Positions 1-13,816 of a DNA stretch of 64,000 nucleotides are shown here, piece after piece (within the stretch, counting starts at the first letter, position 1; each line of letters opens with the position of its first letter). The DNA comes from Tubulanus polymorphus. Its lineage: Eukaryota > Animalia > Nemertea. The position numbers were made by a program, and so were the translations under genes. Under the pieces are notes generated by a model that ran no database searches, was not told where the DNA came from, and saw only the letters and a list, made by a program, of their open reading frames with translations. The DNA lies in contig NC_134030.1 in the NCBI RefSeq assembly GCF_964204645.1, forward strand, positions 12,173,947 through 12,237,946, read 5' to 3'.

Positions 1-3000
1 TAAGGGATCATTGAATTGATCATTTCAGGAAGTAGAAGTCATTGCTATATCATCAAAACTGATTCATTTCATAGTTCAATGTAGGAATCATGCATAATCG
101 GGTCAAGATATTTCCTGCGACACTACACTCCCTCGAGACACCCTACAGTGGAACACAACTATTAAACATTTGTTGATGACGCAGGTAGATGATGCCTATT
201 TCCCAGCACACAAAAGATTCGGCTGGGAAAATAAATTGGCAAAAGAGAATAATGGTGTGGATAATCGTTCCTGCAGATGATAAAAATTTCAGCACTTTTT
301 GATTAACCGAATAATCAAGCTACCTCAATTATCTCTGTTAACCTAAATTATTAGACTAGCACAATGTTTTAGTTTTTAAACAAGCTTTGATTGCAGACAC
401 GAATGAACAACTAAATTAGAATTTGAAAGAACCAGTTAATTTTGTTGAAAATAATCGCACTATTATCAATTTTTTAGAAATTCAAAGTATCAGGTTCACT
501 TACTTAAGGTTATTTCCTTACCTATGGTTTGAAAACCTATCAATAAAAGTCTGTTTTCTGCTTTGGCTCTTTGATATCTTTCGAGAATTTTACTCAATGC
601 TGGAACTTGAATCTCATCCACTAGAAAAGAGAGTAAGGATAATCAATTTTGCATACATAAGACAACTATACACACAGAATGAAACAGATTGGAAATTTCA
701 TGGGACCAGCATGGAAAGTTATCATTTGAGTTAATGAAAATTGTGAGCAAAAATTCTAGCAATTCATTTATTCAGCATTGTGCAATGATATCGTTGACTT
801 GCGAGCCCGTAGCCAGGATTTTGAAAGGTTGTTCTTAAATTACAAAAAGGGCAATTTTGCACGTTCTTGATCCCAGGAAAGCGAGCATCCTCTGCTAAAA
901 ACCAGAATTCTGTAGCTATTCCACAAACAATAAAAACACAACAAATGAATTTGAGTATAATCATGTGAAATGTAAGAATGAAATTTATTGATGCCAAATA
1001 GTTAAATTTAAAATGTTTGCTTAATGCATTTCATCTTGAGTGTTTTCCCGCGAATATTCTCGCCTAAGTTTATGTATCTATATCCTCAACGTAATGTATG
1101 TGCATGAGGTGACTTTTTGTATATGATTTTTTGTATAAATCCGTTTTCTGCCTAATTGGTTCATATGTCGAACTGGGAAGCGTACGAAGATTTCATCAAA
1201 ATAATTCTAGCCCATAACATATGACTATTGCCAAGAAGCGCAACCTGGGTCAACATTATGCTGGATATGTGGAGATTAGGAGTCCATTTGTCAAAGCATC
1301 GAAGCAATACGGTCCAACTTGTTTATGTCTCAGATGGAGCGAACGGGGCAGGGCCATCATTATATTGCTGACTTATCAAAATTACACTTACACAGCCCGA
1401 CGTTTTTCAGTGTGTAAACTCTGTCATACTCGGCATTATAGGACTTATAGGCAAAAAACCTTAAATGACTTCACAGAATTTGATAATGAGTCTAGGATTT
1501 TCTAAAATTTTGAAGAATGTTTTCTCTGGTTATGAGATCAATTCAAATTCACTCCTGAATACATTAATCAAAAATAAGTAAAATAAATTCTTATTTTATT
1601 GAAAGAAATCCCCAGAACACAGATTTAAAAATGAATTATGTGTCAATTTATCCAGACAAAATAATTACAGCAAAATCAACTGACGATCAACAAGGAGGAG
1701 TTTTCATTTATCTTCGGATAATTTGTCTACCCCTGATGATACAAGCATTTTGGAGACATCTTTTGAAACCTCAACACTTTAACTGCGCGCGTCAATTAGT
1801 CAGCCACAGTCGATTTTTTATGCCATCTGACCTCTTTCCGCCTGTAATTAAGCAATCTAATGTAAGAATTACTCAGTAATGTAATATAATAGAGGAGTGA
1901 AAGAAAGTATAATAGATATCTTAGGAGACCAATTTAAATTGTGCGTTTGTCGTTAAACGTCTATTACTACTGTCTCGCAGAGCATAGACACCGACCGTTA
2001 AGCCGTGTGGAATTGGTATTTTAAGGGCTATTCGGTTTACTCCAAAACAAGTCTCTGATAAACTTTTAAAAGCTTCATATCAGGGGTATATCGTAGGACT
2101 CTTGATGCTTGGAATTATCATCCCATAATAACAATGAATCCAATTGTGCATGTACACTAGCATGACTGATTACTAATCCAAATATTTTAAACATGACATT
2201 AGAAAAAAACAATTACACAAAACGTCAAGTACTTACAACATCTGAGACGCGTTATTTGAAACGTACACTTGCACACTATGGTTTAAATTTATTCCCACCA
2301 GCTGCAAGAATCGGCAAAGGAATTGAAGACCGTAGTGACCAGTTCATTCCACGATTAATAGCTGGAAAGAAAGTAATCGAAATAAATAGTCGTATACATA
2401 AGTGTAAACCATACCTTACTAACTACTAAGGCTTTCTACTGGCTCTACACACTACATGAAGGGCCTAAATCTATTCTAGGCGTATCCTCCAAAAAGCTAG
2501 ACATTAGGCACGTAGGTAGCCAACAATGATCATTGCTTTGCCGAGTACTCATTTACTACCATATGTACTCATATCATAGCACCACCCAGTGGAAAGGTAA
2601 CCTTAACTGCAGTTAGACCAATCATGTCTAACATTCCCTGGTTAGTGGATTCTCACCTTAAATTACATAAACTCTGCTGTCGTTGTCATCGATCCGAGTT
2701 GTCAACGGGAACGCGGAAGTAAAATTCCATATGAAAATCCCTATCATTTCTGTCCATATTAGGCCTACGTTGATTTGAGCCAGAAATCTTCAGGAAATGC
2801 AGCCAACGTAAATTGATTTACTATTAGAATTAATCAATTGACTCATTTTAGGGATCATAGTTCATTAACTCTTTCGATGTTGTCGGCGAACAGGTTCGCC
2901 GAGAATTGATGTGAAATTGGTTATCTTAGAACGCTGTTGGCGAAAATATTCGCCGATGTCAATCAGGTGACTTCGTTGCTGATTGGTTAGTCGTTAAAGC

Positions 3001-3562
3001 TATTCGAAGCATCTTAGCCAATCACCCACATGTAGGCGGTTACTACTAGCTGAGCTTCCATGAATTTCAATGTCACTACACGTGTTTTGAATGGTTAGAT
3101 GCACTGACATACATACTAACTGCGTTAGTAACTAGGCGCTTAGTGCATACATATATGAATGTATACAATACGCGGCTACAGCGTTATATAGACTCGCATA
3201 CATTTACGAGCATCTGCAGTTATTTGAAGCAATCATGGATAACAAACGTTTATATACTTGAATATATATCTCTAATTTCTTTTAGAAGTATTACATAGTA
3301 AATATATACTGCAAAATTTTACTGTTTTGAGGGGTCTACTTGACCCCTCATAGACCCCAAGACCCCAAATTGAATTTTTGAAAATAATATTCCGGTAGCT
3401 GAGGTCATAAGCTCCAAGAAAATTATAACTATCATTATGCTATTTCCATTAGCACGACTGCAATAAGGCTTTGAAAAAAATACTACAAAATTGTTCTTAA
3501 ACAATGAAACTAATTCATCACAGCTGAATACCATTAATCAATAATATATTTAACACGGAAAG

Positions 3563-4500
3563 AGTTAAAGGGGTCATGAAGAGGTTTTTGAGATATGGCT
3601 AAAAGTATTTTTTATCATCAATTATACCCTATTTATTGATTTAGTGGTCAAGAAATTAATTCTTAATTCTTCGATTAGTGTTAAAATGAGACTTTTGATC
3701 GGCCGCGCTGATTCCTTCCCAACAAAGTGGTGTAGTGTATAGAAATGGGTGATACTAACAGCGATAAAAGTGCAAAATAGTGACTCAAATACATCAGATT
3801 CCTATCAAACGTCTGATGTTTAGGAAGCTGTTATTAATACAGTCGAAATTATTCCATTTAATTTAGACCTGATGCCTTAGAATGAAGGAATTTGTGACTA
3901 TAGAGTACAGCATATTTCAACGTCCGGAGCAGCGAGCATTCATCGTCATTAAGTCATTCCCTCTGTAAAAACTACGCGGAGGGGAATGACTGATATAGAC
4001 ATCGCAGATATTTCTGTGGGTAGAGATATTTTTATCCAGTACTGGACCATAAAAGCGTCCTGAAACCGTTAACTTGTTCGTGAATCCAAGCCCTGCCTGC
4101 GCCATCCCGGCCGTGTAATAGTAATGTGTGCTGCATACATACAGTCAGTATGTTGTACATACTACAGCGATGTGGGTCACTGGGGAAAGCCAGTACTATA
4201 TGCAGTGAAAAGCGCGTATCTCGATAAATTTAAGCTGAAAATGATTTCAACCATCCGCCATGTTGGCTGTATATTGTCCGCAGTAAATGACGGATCCGGA
4301 CTAATTGTAGGTCTGAATCCGCGATTTACGGTTGAATTTGACGCTCGGTAATTTGTAGGCTTTTCGGGATGTACTTTTATCAATGGATGACAATGCTTTG
4401 CGTTATTCTTGTCACTGTTTAGACCCGGTAATTACACGGGATTAATTCATAATAAATTACTATACACAAATTCGAAATGGTCAGGCGCTGAGTTATATTT
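3563..4500. mobile_element. Possible left end of a Kolobok-like DNA transposon relic
   Basis: TTAA followed by AGGGGTCATGAAG at about 3564 fits the TTAA + RR terminus pattern. No matching right end was found and the right boundary is a guess. Confidence 0.25.
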
Positions 4501-4599
4501 CTGACAGAAATGAAAATTACGTTTATAAGCTTTTAGTGGTCGAATCTGAGAGGAGTTACATTTTATGAAAAAATTTTGGCTGGAAAGTGGAAAATTTAT

Positions 4600-4660
4600 A
4601 ATAATAATAATCAACAGAATTACAAGAGGGTTTCTGCGAAAGCAGCAGAAACCCTAATAA
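4600..4660 (-). repeat. HINE/Helentron-like head (hairpin plus ATT microsatellite)
   Basis: The reverse complement TTATTAGGGTTTCTG...CAGAAACCCCTCTTGTAATTCTGTTGATTATTATT closely matches 61505-61566. Confidence 0.55.
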
Positions 4661-4861
4661 ATTATTTGACGCCTGCGAAAAAAATGTAGAATTTTTGGGA
4701 CAAGCTAATGTGGAATTGCAAATTTGATATTGAAGTTTTAAGAAATTTTGGGGAATTATGAGATTTGGTGATTGGGTAGGTGATACAGGTCTATGACTGT
4801 AAATAGTGGTTTAATTGTGTCAACGGTCTGGCCGATCAATAATCATTTGTATGCTTAATAC

Positions 4862-4941
4862 ACTACGCTCGAAGCTATTTTAAGCACACTCAAACGCAAT
4901 TTCTGCTCGAAGCTATTTTTAGCACACTCAAACGCAATTTC
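4862..4941. repeat. Two-copy tandem duplication, about 39-bp unit
   Basis: GCTCGAAGCTATTTT(A/T)AGCACACTCAAACGCAATTTC occurs twice in tandem. Confidence 0.85.
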
Positions 4942-6653
4942 ATTAGCCCGTAATTTCACTACTAATGGGCGAATTGAACGGATTAAGCAAAAACATATTT
5001 TGTAATTGGTTTTTTTGTTTATGGTGCGACGCTTGGTTCGGTAGTTATGGGCTTTCAAAGACGAAACCCCTCAAAATCTTGGTTCTATAAAATTTGTGTT
5101 GACCCGACATTCATCATTTCTAGCGCGAATACTGATATTCAAGGTGTATGATATAACGATTTATTGTGTTCGCCACACGGCTGATTCACAGAAAGCATCG
5201 AATTTTTAGAGATGAGTCTGATATTTGCATGACTGGCATACTTGCTTTATCATCATTTATTGAAGTCATTTTATTAACGTTCGCATTAGCGATCCGTTTT
5301 GGAGCCTGATTATTTGTATTAGATTGTTAACTGGGGCCCAGTGGAGTGTTCACGTTGAAAACAGTTGTGTACAGTCGCGTAGGCAATATCGCCTTATACT
5401 CTCGTGTTCACTGCGTGTTTGTATCAGTTGTAGAGTACGCGCGCCACGGTGCAGGTCGCGCGTAACAAGGATTTGTCTGAGTGAAGATGTAAGCTACTTA
5501 AAGCAATCCTATCGTGGAATTATTAACAAGAGATCCTGGATCTTAATATCTCGGGCGCAGAATGTTATCTAATGTAATACGTAGGCGCCATCTGATCGAT
5601 GCATCTGTGAGGTTTTCCTTGAACACTTCATGTGTAAAATCTGCTGATTTCGGTGAACAACATCATCGAAATCTAATCATCGCGGCAATACACGAGGTTT
5701 GGGCCTATTCCATTGTGCGCGCATAATCTTCCGTGAAGTAGCGTATCGATTGAATCTTCGGCTATTTGCATAATGAAATAGATATGGGGAGACGGAATCG
5801 ATACTACGGCTATCAAATTAAAAATAAACATATGAGACTCTCCCATGACTGGGAAATGAGAAACTAGAACCGAGCAGATTAATAGATGAGAAGATTTAAA
5901 CACCGGTTTGTCTGCGTCAATCGAATATGCCCTCACATTGATTGACAGCGGGAGCTCAGCCAACCGCAGGGAGCAGTTATTTTACTTCAATGTAACGTTG
6001 TACATCGGCCTTCTAGCCGTTTTATGAAACAAAATGCTCCTCGAAAATTCTTTAAAAATCGCCACAAATTCGTCGATTTCTCTTAAATGAACGCGATATT
6101 CAAAATTACATTTCCAAAGATTTTAGCCGCATGATGAAGCTACATTTTGCACATAAACATAGTAGATTGCATGACTTCATGTCAAAGTTATAACCTCATT
6201 TGTTAACAAAAATTCAATTTTTGGACCCATTACAACATCTTGGGCTTAGCCAGAGATAAAAATCATTTTCCTTGGCCATTTTTTCCATGGCCAATGGTTT
6301 CCATGTAGTTTATATAACAGGTATGAAAATTAGCTTTCTCAGATTCCAGTCTAAAGTGTCAGTTGAGAGAGCAATTGATGAACATCAATTTTTGATATGA
6401 TATAAGTAGGCCTACCAGCATATTTACGACTGTGTTTGTTGTGTCAAATATGAAGCTTTCATTTTGATAGCATTTGTAGTGTTCATCATTTCAGTAACAA
6501 GATTTGTATTGAGAGATAGTTTTTTACGGGGTCCAAATAAAGATGGAGTTTTAGTTTCAAGAATGGTTTTCTCATTTTGTTTCATAACATTATAGCAATT
6601 TAGAGCTAACAAATCAACTTTCGTGTCTAGTTTTGACTATATCCTTGATGTCT

Positions 6654-6753
<100 letters not shown>

Positions 6754-8526
6754 TATTCTTTGACATAGGCCTGCATTTAGTTAAAAGGTACATTTAATGT
6801 TTTAGTTTTGAAATGCTATATTAAGATATTTTTCGATGATGCTATGTCAGGATGCCGTGTTCCTAATATTGTTTAATTCAAGAATTAATTATTAAGCCTT
6901 AAGAAAAATCACTTTAGGCCTACCTATTATTCTATTTTCATCAAATTTCATCACATCCATGAATGAAGAAGGGGTAAAATGTCGTGCAAAAGGTGTCAAT
7001 GATCGATTCCTGTGCAGGAATATAACAGCATAACCTTCATCAAGAAAATATCTAAAGGTAAGGGTCAAGGAATGTCAAATTTTCTTGAAACTTCTAATGA
7101 GTAATATGGGAGGACATGCTCGTTTCCAGATTCACAAAAACAACCCTTATGTACGAATCTTGTCACCGTGACTGAAACCCTTCTTTGCTGTATCTCTGGT
7201 GGACAAACTAGACTCCTCCTTTCTTTGAATATGAAATTGTATATTTCACTATGAATTACAAAAAAATAACACACTTGAAAAATCTTAACACAATACTATT
7301 CCACAGAAAAAGATGACAACGCTTTCGAAAATAAATTCCCCAAGGAAACTGGAGCTTTTTTGCCAAGGGGTAATATTTTTGAAGAGGCGTCATTGGAGGA
7401 GATATGTATTATCCTAAACTAGTCAACTTCGGAATGCATTGAATTGTTCATGCTAACCATAGTACATTGCCATGTGACTTTAAGCATCATACAGAATGGC
7501 AACAGAATTCACACGCACATACCCGGTACAAAGATCTTCATTGATTTAATAGTCCATTATCCTCCAAGAATTACCAGATATAAACCCCGGGAATTCCAAA
7601 GAATTCATTCGGAATTTAAAATACCAAAACTGAACTCAAAGAGAAAATGGTCCGGGATGCCAAGATGGCGGAGGACCAGGCCGGTCTCGGGTGGATTTAT
7701 AAAACCCATCAGTGGCGAAAAAGCCTCGATTACGTGAGCGGGACCCGTCTCTTTGAAAGACACTCAAACCGTAAATAATCAAATGTCCTGCACATGAGCA
7801 GGAAGTTGATGGTGGTGCCACTGCATGATGTGGTGTTGGACGCATGCTGGGTTCGGAAAATCTTCGACAAGTAGGGCCTATACTTAATCCTAGGCAGGTT
7901 AGGCATTAGTCATAAAATACAGGTAGCGTATCTGATGGTAATATCATATCGCTTAAAAGGATACTCTGCAGATGCTGAACCGCGTGTACCAATGCTAAAA
8001 TTATCAATGAAACGAACAGTTCTGCTTTCCAGTGGTACTGTTGTTCCTCCAGACTGAAAAATAAAATATAACTGTTAACACAAACCATTCTACTTTAATC
8101 AATTGAAAGATACATGTCCAGTCTATCTATCATGATGCTTAAGAGTGCAAGCTTATATGAAAGCCTCATTAGCAGATTAAATATGACAGAAAAATCATTC
8201 AGTCATCTTTATGATAACTAGGGACCCAGGGACACCATGCCCACTTGGGAATTGGTGGTACAAGTGCAGATCCGCACCTCTCGTGATTGATGCAACTTAC
8301 TGAATTACAAATCACTGTTCTAGCTTCAGAATGTCTCACGGAATCCAATGCAGTGATTCATTTTATGATATCTTCACTAGAAAGTAGATTTTTGGCCCGG
8401 TTTTTATCTCAGAACCTTTTATCCGATAACCTTGAAATCTAAATTTTTGAATCGATAATGACAATTCAATAATTTCATTGATATTTTGAATATGAAACAT
8501 CGTCACACTGTTATATTTAAGGAAAT

Positions 8527-8992
8527 GGATATTTTGCCAATGAGGCATTATTTTAGTAAACGCTATTTTGCCAATGGCTATATATAATAAGATATAGAAA
8601 TAAAATATTACAATAAAATCATTATATTGGGTTTAGGGTCAGAGTTTCGATAGGGTTAGGGTCTAGAGGGTCCAGGAGGTTAGGGTTAGGGTGAGGTTTA
8701 GGGTCCGTTTTAACCCCTTGGGATAGGGTTAGTGTAAGGTGAGGCTATATGTAGTGAAAACTTACGGGTAGTTTTGAGCCCGGTGGTCTAGTGGAAAGAC
8801 GTTAGGCTAGCAATCTGCTGGTCCAGGTTCGAATCCCATTCTATGCTGCTATTTTCTCTAACTCTGTTCTCCACAATTTCCTTAAATTTTCTCACCCACC
8901 TCAGTGTGCATGGAATCTCGTCAATTAGCCAATCAGAACGCATCATTGGCAAAATAGCATTAACAGGAATAATGCCGCTTTGGCAAAATATC
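8527..8992. mobile_element. MITE with about 49-bp imperfect TIRs, internal TTAGGG-like repeats and a tRNA-like segment
   Basis: GATATTTTGCCAATGAGGCATTAT...GCTATTTTGCCAATG pairs with CATTGGCAAAATAGC...ATAATGCCGCTTTGGCAAAATATC. Degenerate GGTTAG repeats lie at 8630-8740. Confidence 0.75.
8777..8845 (+). pseudogene. tRNA-derived sequence (Pol III A and B boxes), not a functional tRNA
   Basis: A box TGGTCTAGTGG and B box GGTTCGAATCC at tRNA spacing; acceptor and T stems pair poorly. Confidence 0.7.
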
Positions 8993-9469
8993 TGTGATAG
9001 ACATTTATTAGGGACATTTTGGTGATTTGTGTTCTGTATTGTGTGTCCGTTATTGCGCTTGGACGGTGTATTGCACGTGGCGTCTGATTTATATAGTTTA
9101 GTATTGCTTTATGTGTATTTTGTTCTGTCCTGGTCGAGGAGATCCGGTGGATGGTAGAAACCAAATCTTTTATTCCGTTAGTGTAGAGACAGAGACTCTT
9201 TCTTTTATTTTCATTTGTCTGCTTGAATTGATTTATTTTGTATTATGCTGGAAGCATTGGACTTGATTATTTTCATTTGCGTGACATTATGATTATTTCA
9301 GTGCATGATATCTTATGTTGCTTTGGTGGCTGAAATTTCATTTGGTTTATTTAACTAGAGCATAGAGGATTGCTTGCTTGGTGTCTTTATTGATTGCTTC
9401 CTTGGTTATTGATTATTAATTGCTTGCTTGACAACCAGGTGATTCAAAATTTTTGATTTGTATAAAGTA

Positions 9470-10720
9470 ACTAGGGGTCCAGGGACACCATGCCCACTTG
9501 GGAAGTGGTTCCAAATGCTCAACAATCTAACAATTTCAATATTCAACGCCGCCTGGTGACCATATACAGAATCCAATGACCTTGAAACTCACCACGATCA
9601 TAGAACATGTCACCAGCTACGATTTTGTAATTGATTGTAATAACAAAATATGCCTTGTTACCACTTTAATAATGGAAATACTAAGTTATTCTACTATTCA
9701 ACGCCCCTGGTGACCATATTCAAAACCCAATGACCTTGAAACTCACCACAATCATAAAACATGTCACGAACTATAACTTTGTAATTGATCGTGGTAACAA
9801 AATATGCCTAGGTACCAATATAATAAGGAAATACTAAGTTATTCTACTATTCAACGCCCCCTGGTGACCATATAGAATAACTAATGGCCTTAAAACTTGC
9901 CACAATCATAGATGATGTCATGAGCTACAACTTTGCAATTGATTGTGGTTACAAAATATGCATTGATACGAATATAATATAGAAATACTAAGATATTGCA
10001 TTATTCAACGCCCCCTGGTGGCCGTATACAGAAACCAATGACCTTGAAACTCACCACAATCATAGTACACGTTATGAGCTACAACTTTCTAAACGATTGT
10101 GGTAACAAAATACGCTTAGGTATCAATATAATGTGGAAAAACTTTTTCCCACTTACGAATGAGTACTGCTGACACCAAGATGGCCGCCAATTGCGTCATA
10201 ATTGGCTGATGAAAAATACCTGTCTTAGCTATAAAACATCCCTTTCCAAAGAATACCCATCACAAATTGCAATGAGAAATGATAAACCAGTAGGAAGCTA
10301 CAGGACTCAGAATTTGGGCCAAAATTAACATTTTTGGGCACTAAAAAGGTCATAGGACGGCCATCTTGAGTCCGATCGACCCAATTTTTGCTATGCTGAT
10401 GGGCCCTGGGGGAATTCACATATCATCCGAAAGATCAAGGTAATTGATCAAAGCGTCTTCAAAATTTCCCCCAAAAAGTTCAAAAATGAGTAAAAAGTGC
10501 TGATTTTGGCGAACAACAATGGCTGCCAGTCGGCCATTTTGAATCTGACAGGGCCAGTTTTTGGGCTGAAGATGTGTCTAGGGTAGATACATGTGTAACC
10601 CAAATATCAAGACATTACCTTGAAGCGTCTTCAAAACTTCCCAAAATAACTGGATTCCGACGACGGACGAAAAGTGAACGCATTAGCCCGCTGGGACTAA
10701 AGTCCCAAGTGAGGCTAAAA
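9470..10720. mobile_element. HINE/DINE-1-like non-autonomous Helentron-type element
   Basis: One end is AACTAGGGGTCCAGGGACACCATGCCCACTTGGGA. The other is a GACG microsatellite plus the hairpin TAGCCCGCTGGGACTAAAGTCCCAAGTGAGGCTAAAAA, whose TCCCAAGTG is inverted to CACTTGGGA. It has an internal tandem array and no TSD. Related heads are at 8217 and 44435. Confidence 0.75.
9541..10135. repeat. Tandem array, about 154-bp unit, nearly 4 copies
   Basis: ATTCAACGCCCCTGGTGACC...GACCTTGAAACTCACCACAATCATAG recurs at about 9541, 9696, 9849 and 10003. Confidence 0.92.
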
Positions 10721-10972
10721 AGGGTATTTTTCGATTTCTATTTTCTTCGACTTAAATGCGGATTTATACACTAAACCAACCCCCAAGTGATAAAGATCGA
10801 TCTTATTGGTTGATTCCATAAGATTTTTGCTCATTTGCACTGATAGACAGGTTTAAAGAATGATTTTACTACACGATGTCAAATCGCGTAGTAAAAACAC
10901 GCATCACACTCTTCCTAATCAATAATGGTCGTCACAATCGATAGAAGCGCCCCGCACGGATATGAACATACC
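10721..10972. repeat. Interspersed repeat; inverted copy at 20315-20364 plus 21112-21323
   Basis: Direct reverse-complement match; the second copy is split by the 20365-21111 insertion. Confidence 0.85.
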
Positions 10973-12362
10973 CATTTTAGAAGAGATAGATATCATAAAA
11001 TAAATCACTGCATTGGATTCTGTGAGACATTCTGAAGTTAGAACAGTAATTCAGTAGATTGCGTCAATCACGAGAGGTGCGGATCTGCACTTTTACCCAC
11101 AGGGGTTTGGCGATGGGCTTGGATTTTATTTCCGGGTTGTTGATAATGTCGCGAGAATGGCGCTAAATATGAACTGCTAATAAATTCAAAATATCATGGA
11201 AATACCTTTTGTTTATAGACAGACGTCCCTTTGGTAAACGCGTATATGTGGATACTACGAAGTGTCTTCTTAACCGATTCTGACTAGCTGACAAAGTCAG
11301 AAAAAAATGACGTCACTTGACGTCTGATTTGTAGTTCATGGGGATATCAGAAGTAGAATAACGTCATGCAAAAATCCGGCATTCCAATCACTAAAATACG
11401 GTAACTTATGGATTGGGTTATTTGAGAATGTATTTATTTCATGAAATTTCAAACAAGATTGGGTCGATGAATAGTTTAACAATGAACCTCGTTGATCGAT
11501 CGAGTTGAAAATAGCTGAAATTCCCTTAGCAACAGGAGCGAATTCATAATAACAAAACGCGGCCGCGGCCCGGCGCCACGCGGTTCGGCGCACAGGTTCG
11601 AATCCCGGAGAATTACGCTCTCGCGCGCCCAGCTGTCATTCCCAGCCGCAGCACTGAAATACACTTTTTTAATCAAAAGTATTTACCCCAAAAACTGCGG
11701 TGAGAGTCGCGTTAGAGTCGTAAAATTTCTCCGCCAGCGCGGCGGCGGATCGGCACGGCGTAGTCTCGCTCTCGAGCAGCAGCAACATCGCGGTCGGCAA
11801 AAACATTAGTCTCCGCCCCTTCTTCACCAAATAAGGAATTCGGAACCGCTGGCCGCGTGGACTGCTTATTTTTAACCGTATTGCCGGCGGATTAGAAAGA
11901 AATGTATATTTTTCGCAAGAGAAATCAATTTTTGTACTGACATTCGCATTTCCTGCTAATTCGAGTTTTATCTAGCAGAAAATAATTTTCCGATTTGTGC
12001 ATTTTAACGCATATTCGATTTTTTTCTTTTTGAAGGTAATTAAGAAATGCGTTGTAATCTTCCTTTTATTTCCAAATGGAGCTAATTCATAGGCCTAAAT
12101 TAACTACCAGGTCAAAATTCTTCAATATTGCAAAAACCCCTCTCAGTTTCCACCATAGAAATGTCATTGGTTACATTATGGTTTCACAAAGAGTTTTAAA
12201 TCATTAAAAAATGACACTTTATCTAAATCGAAAGAATAATCTTTTAAGCAGACAGTGGTACCGAGACCTAATTTATAAGAAATTTTTCAAGTTTTTTTCT
12301 CGCAAGAATTAAAATATTAAATTTCATTTGATCTTATAATATAACATTAAAGAATTATGAGG

Positions 12363-12426
12363 TTTGATTCATTTCTGAAATTTGGGCTTATAATATATCA
12401 AGCCCAAATTTCAGAAATGAATCAAA
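12363..12426. repeat. Perfect 27-bp inverted repeat with a 10-nt loop
   Basis: TTTGATTCATTTCTGAAATTTGGGCTT / AAGCCCAAATTTCAGAAATGAATCAAA. Confidence 0.92.
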
Positions 12427-13063
12427 ACTTACAGTTACAGAGTTACAGTTTCATCTTCTTTCTTCCCACCCCTTAACTCGAGCGTAAATTTTAAATTTTC
12501 CAAGTTTTGACTAAGAATTGATTTAATTTCTTCATTAATTCATTGCTTTGGGTTCAACTACAGTACAATTTCAATATGAAATATTGGAGTTGATTCTCTT
12601 TCCAGTTTCATTAACAACATTTGAAGTGTGTTCCTTGTCACTGACAATATTTTGAGTGTTTTCGACTTCGTTACCCCGTACTTGAGGTTGTTTTCCCCAA
12701 TCGCTATCATTTCTTACTATGAAAAATTGAATCAAGCTGTGACGAGGTGTCCGTCACTTAGATTCACTATCAGTCCATTGAGAGTGAGGAAAATGAGCGG
12801 AAAATTCAATGCTGAATAATAGCTGAATTTGAGTGGAAATTCACTGAATATGAGCGGAATTTAACATTTGTAGTATACTGAAAATGAGCTGAATTTGAGC
12901 GGAACGTGTCCCCCTTTCCGCTTATTTTCCCCTCATTTTCTGCTGAGTTCCCTTAGCTGATTTTGAGCGGAAAATTAACAACAATTCTTTCAGCCTCGAT
13001 TTGGACTAATTAGCGTTTTCAAATCGAGGCTGAACTATTCTGGAATGCTGCTTCCTTAAAAGC

Positions 13064-13220
13064 TGGCTTATGTCGACAAGCAACGACGCCTACGGAGCAA
13101 CCGCGATCGCAGCCCAACTTACAGTCTATGTTGAACCGATAGAGCAGCAACTAGCGGCTTCTTGTAGGCGATAAACCCAGTTGTGTCGGTAGGCGTCGCG
13201 TTGCTTGTCATCATAAGCCA
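13064..13220. mobile_element. Small MITE with about 30-bp imperfect TIRs
   Basis: TGGCTTATGTCGACAAGCAACGACGCCTAC / GTAGGCGTCGCGTTGCTTGTCATCATAAGCCA; TSD not clear. Confidence 0.6.
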
Positions 13221-13816
13221 TCTATTGGCTCGATTTCGTACCACGGTGTCTGTGGTGACACGGCATCCCTATTATGACGTAATTTTTGCGTGGTCTTCCT
13301 GCCTTAGTTTTCTGATTTTTTAAACAATAGCAACAGCACAGGTACAGATCCAGAAGGGATTCGGGGGTCTCTATTTTTCCCCCTTTTCTGATCAAGTGCC
13401 CTTTTGAAAATCGCACGTGAAAAATTCCACCTGACATTGATCTATGACAAAAGTCCACAGTACTTTTTAAAGCTGTAATATGCACTAAAATTGTACCTTA
13501 ATTCTCAAAATTTTCAGCAGGACTCCGAAACCTCTTGCAAAGGAATTGGGAGCACTCCACCAGGTATATGATAGTCTCATGGTTCCTATAGATTGGTCTT
13601 TCCAGAATTTTAGGGCTTTTTTAGGGTTTTTTAGATGATAACCTAAATTTTAGGGTCCAATTATAATAAATTATCAACACGGTGTTTCTACTCTAACTAA
13701 AAACAAAAATCAAAAGCATATAACCATATGTATTAACAAAAACCCATATTTATTCTGCACTGTGTTCATATTCACAAAAGTAACAATGATATTCCTCACG
13801 ATTAGAATGTCTATGC

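Larger units (their letters stand above)
8261..11093. mobile_element. Non-autonomous TIR element F (about 110-bp TIRs, probable TA TSD, Tc1/mariner-like)
   Basis: CAAGTGCAGATCCGCACCTCTCGTGATTGA... at 8261-8372 is the reverse complement of 10990-11093. TA lies at 8259-8260 and 11094-11095. It contains two younger insertions. Confidence 0.75.

Noticed and set aside
423-3534. Short ORFs in the first 3.5 kb as host genes
   Set aside because: No recognisable domains or consistent exon chain. 2300-2420 may be a CR1/L2 remnant but is too degenerate to call.
7000-8100. Possible exons (ORFs at 7065, 7444, 7636)
   Set aside because: No motif I can name and no convincing splice chain.
8630-8745. True telomere or chromosome-fusion scar
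   Set aside because: The repeats are few, degenerate and enclosed by MITE TIRs.
8777-8845. Functional tRNA gene
   Set aside because: The A and B boxes are present but the cloverleaf stems do not pair.
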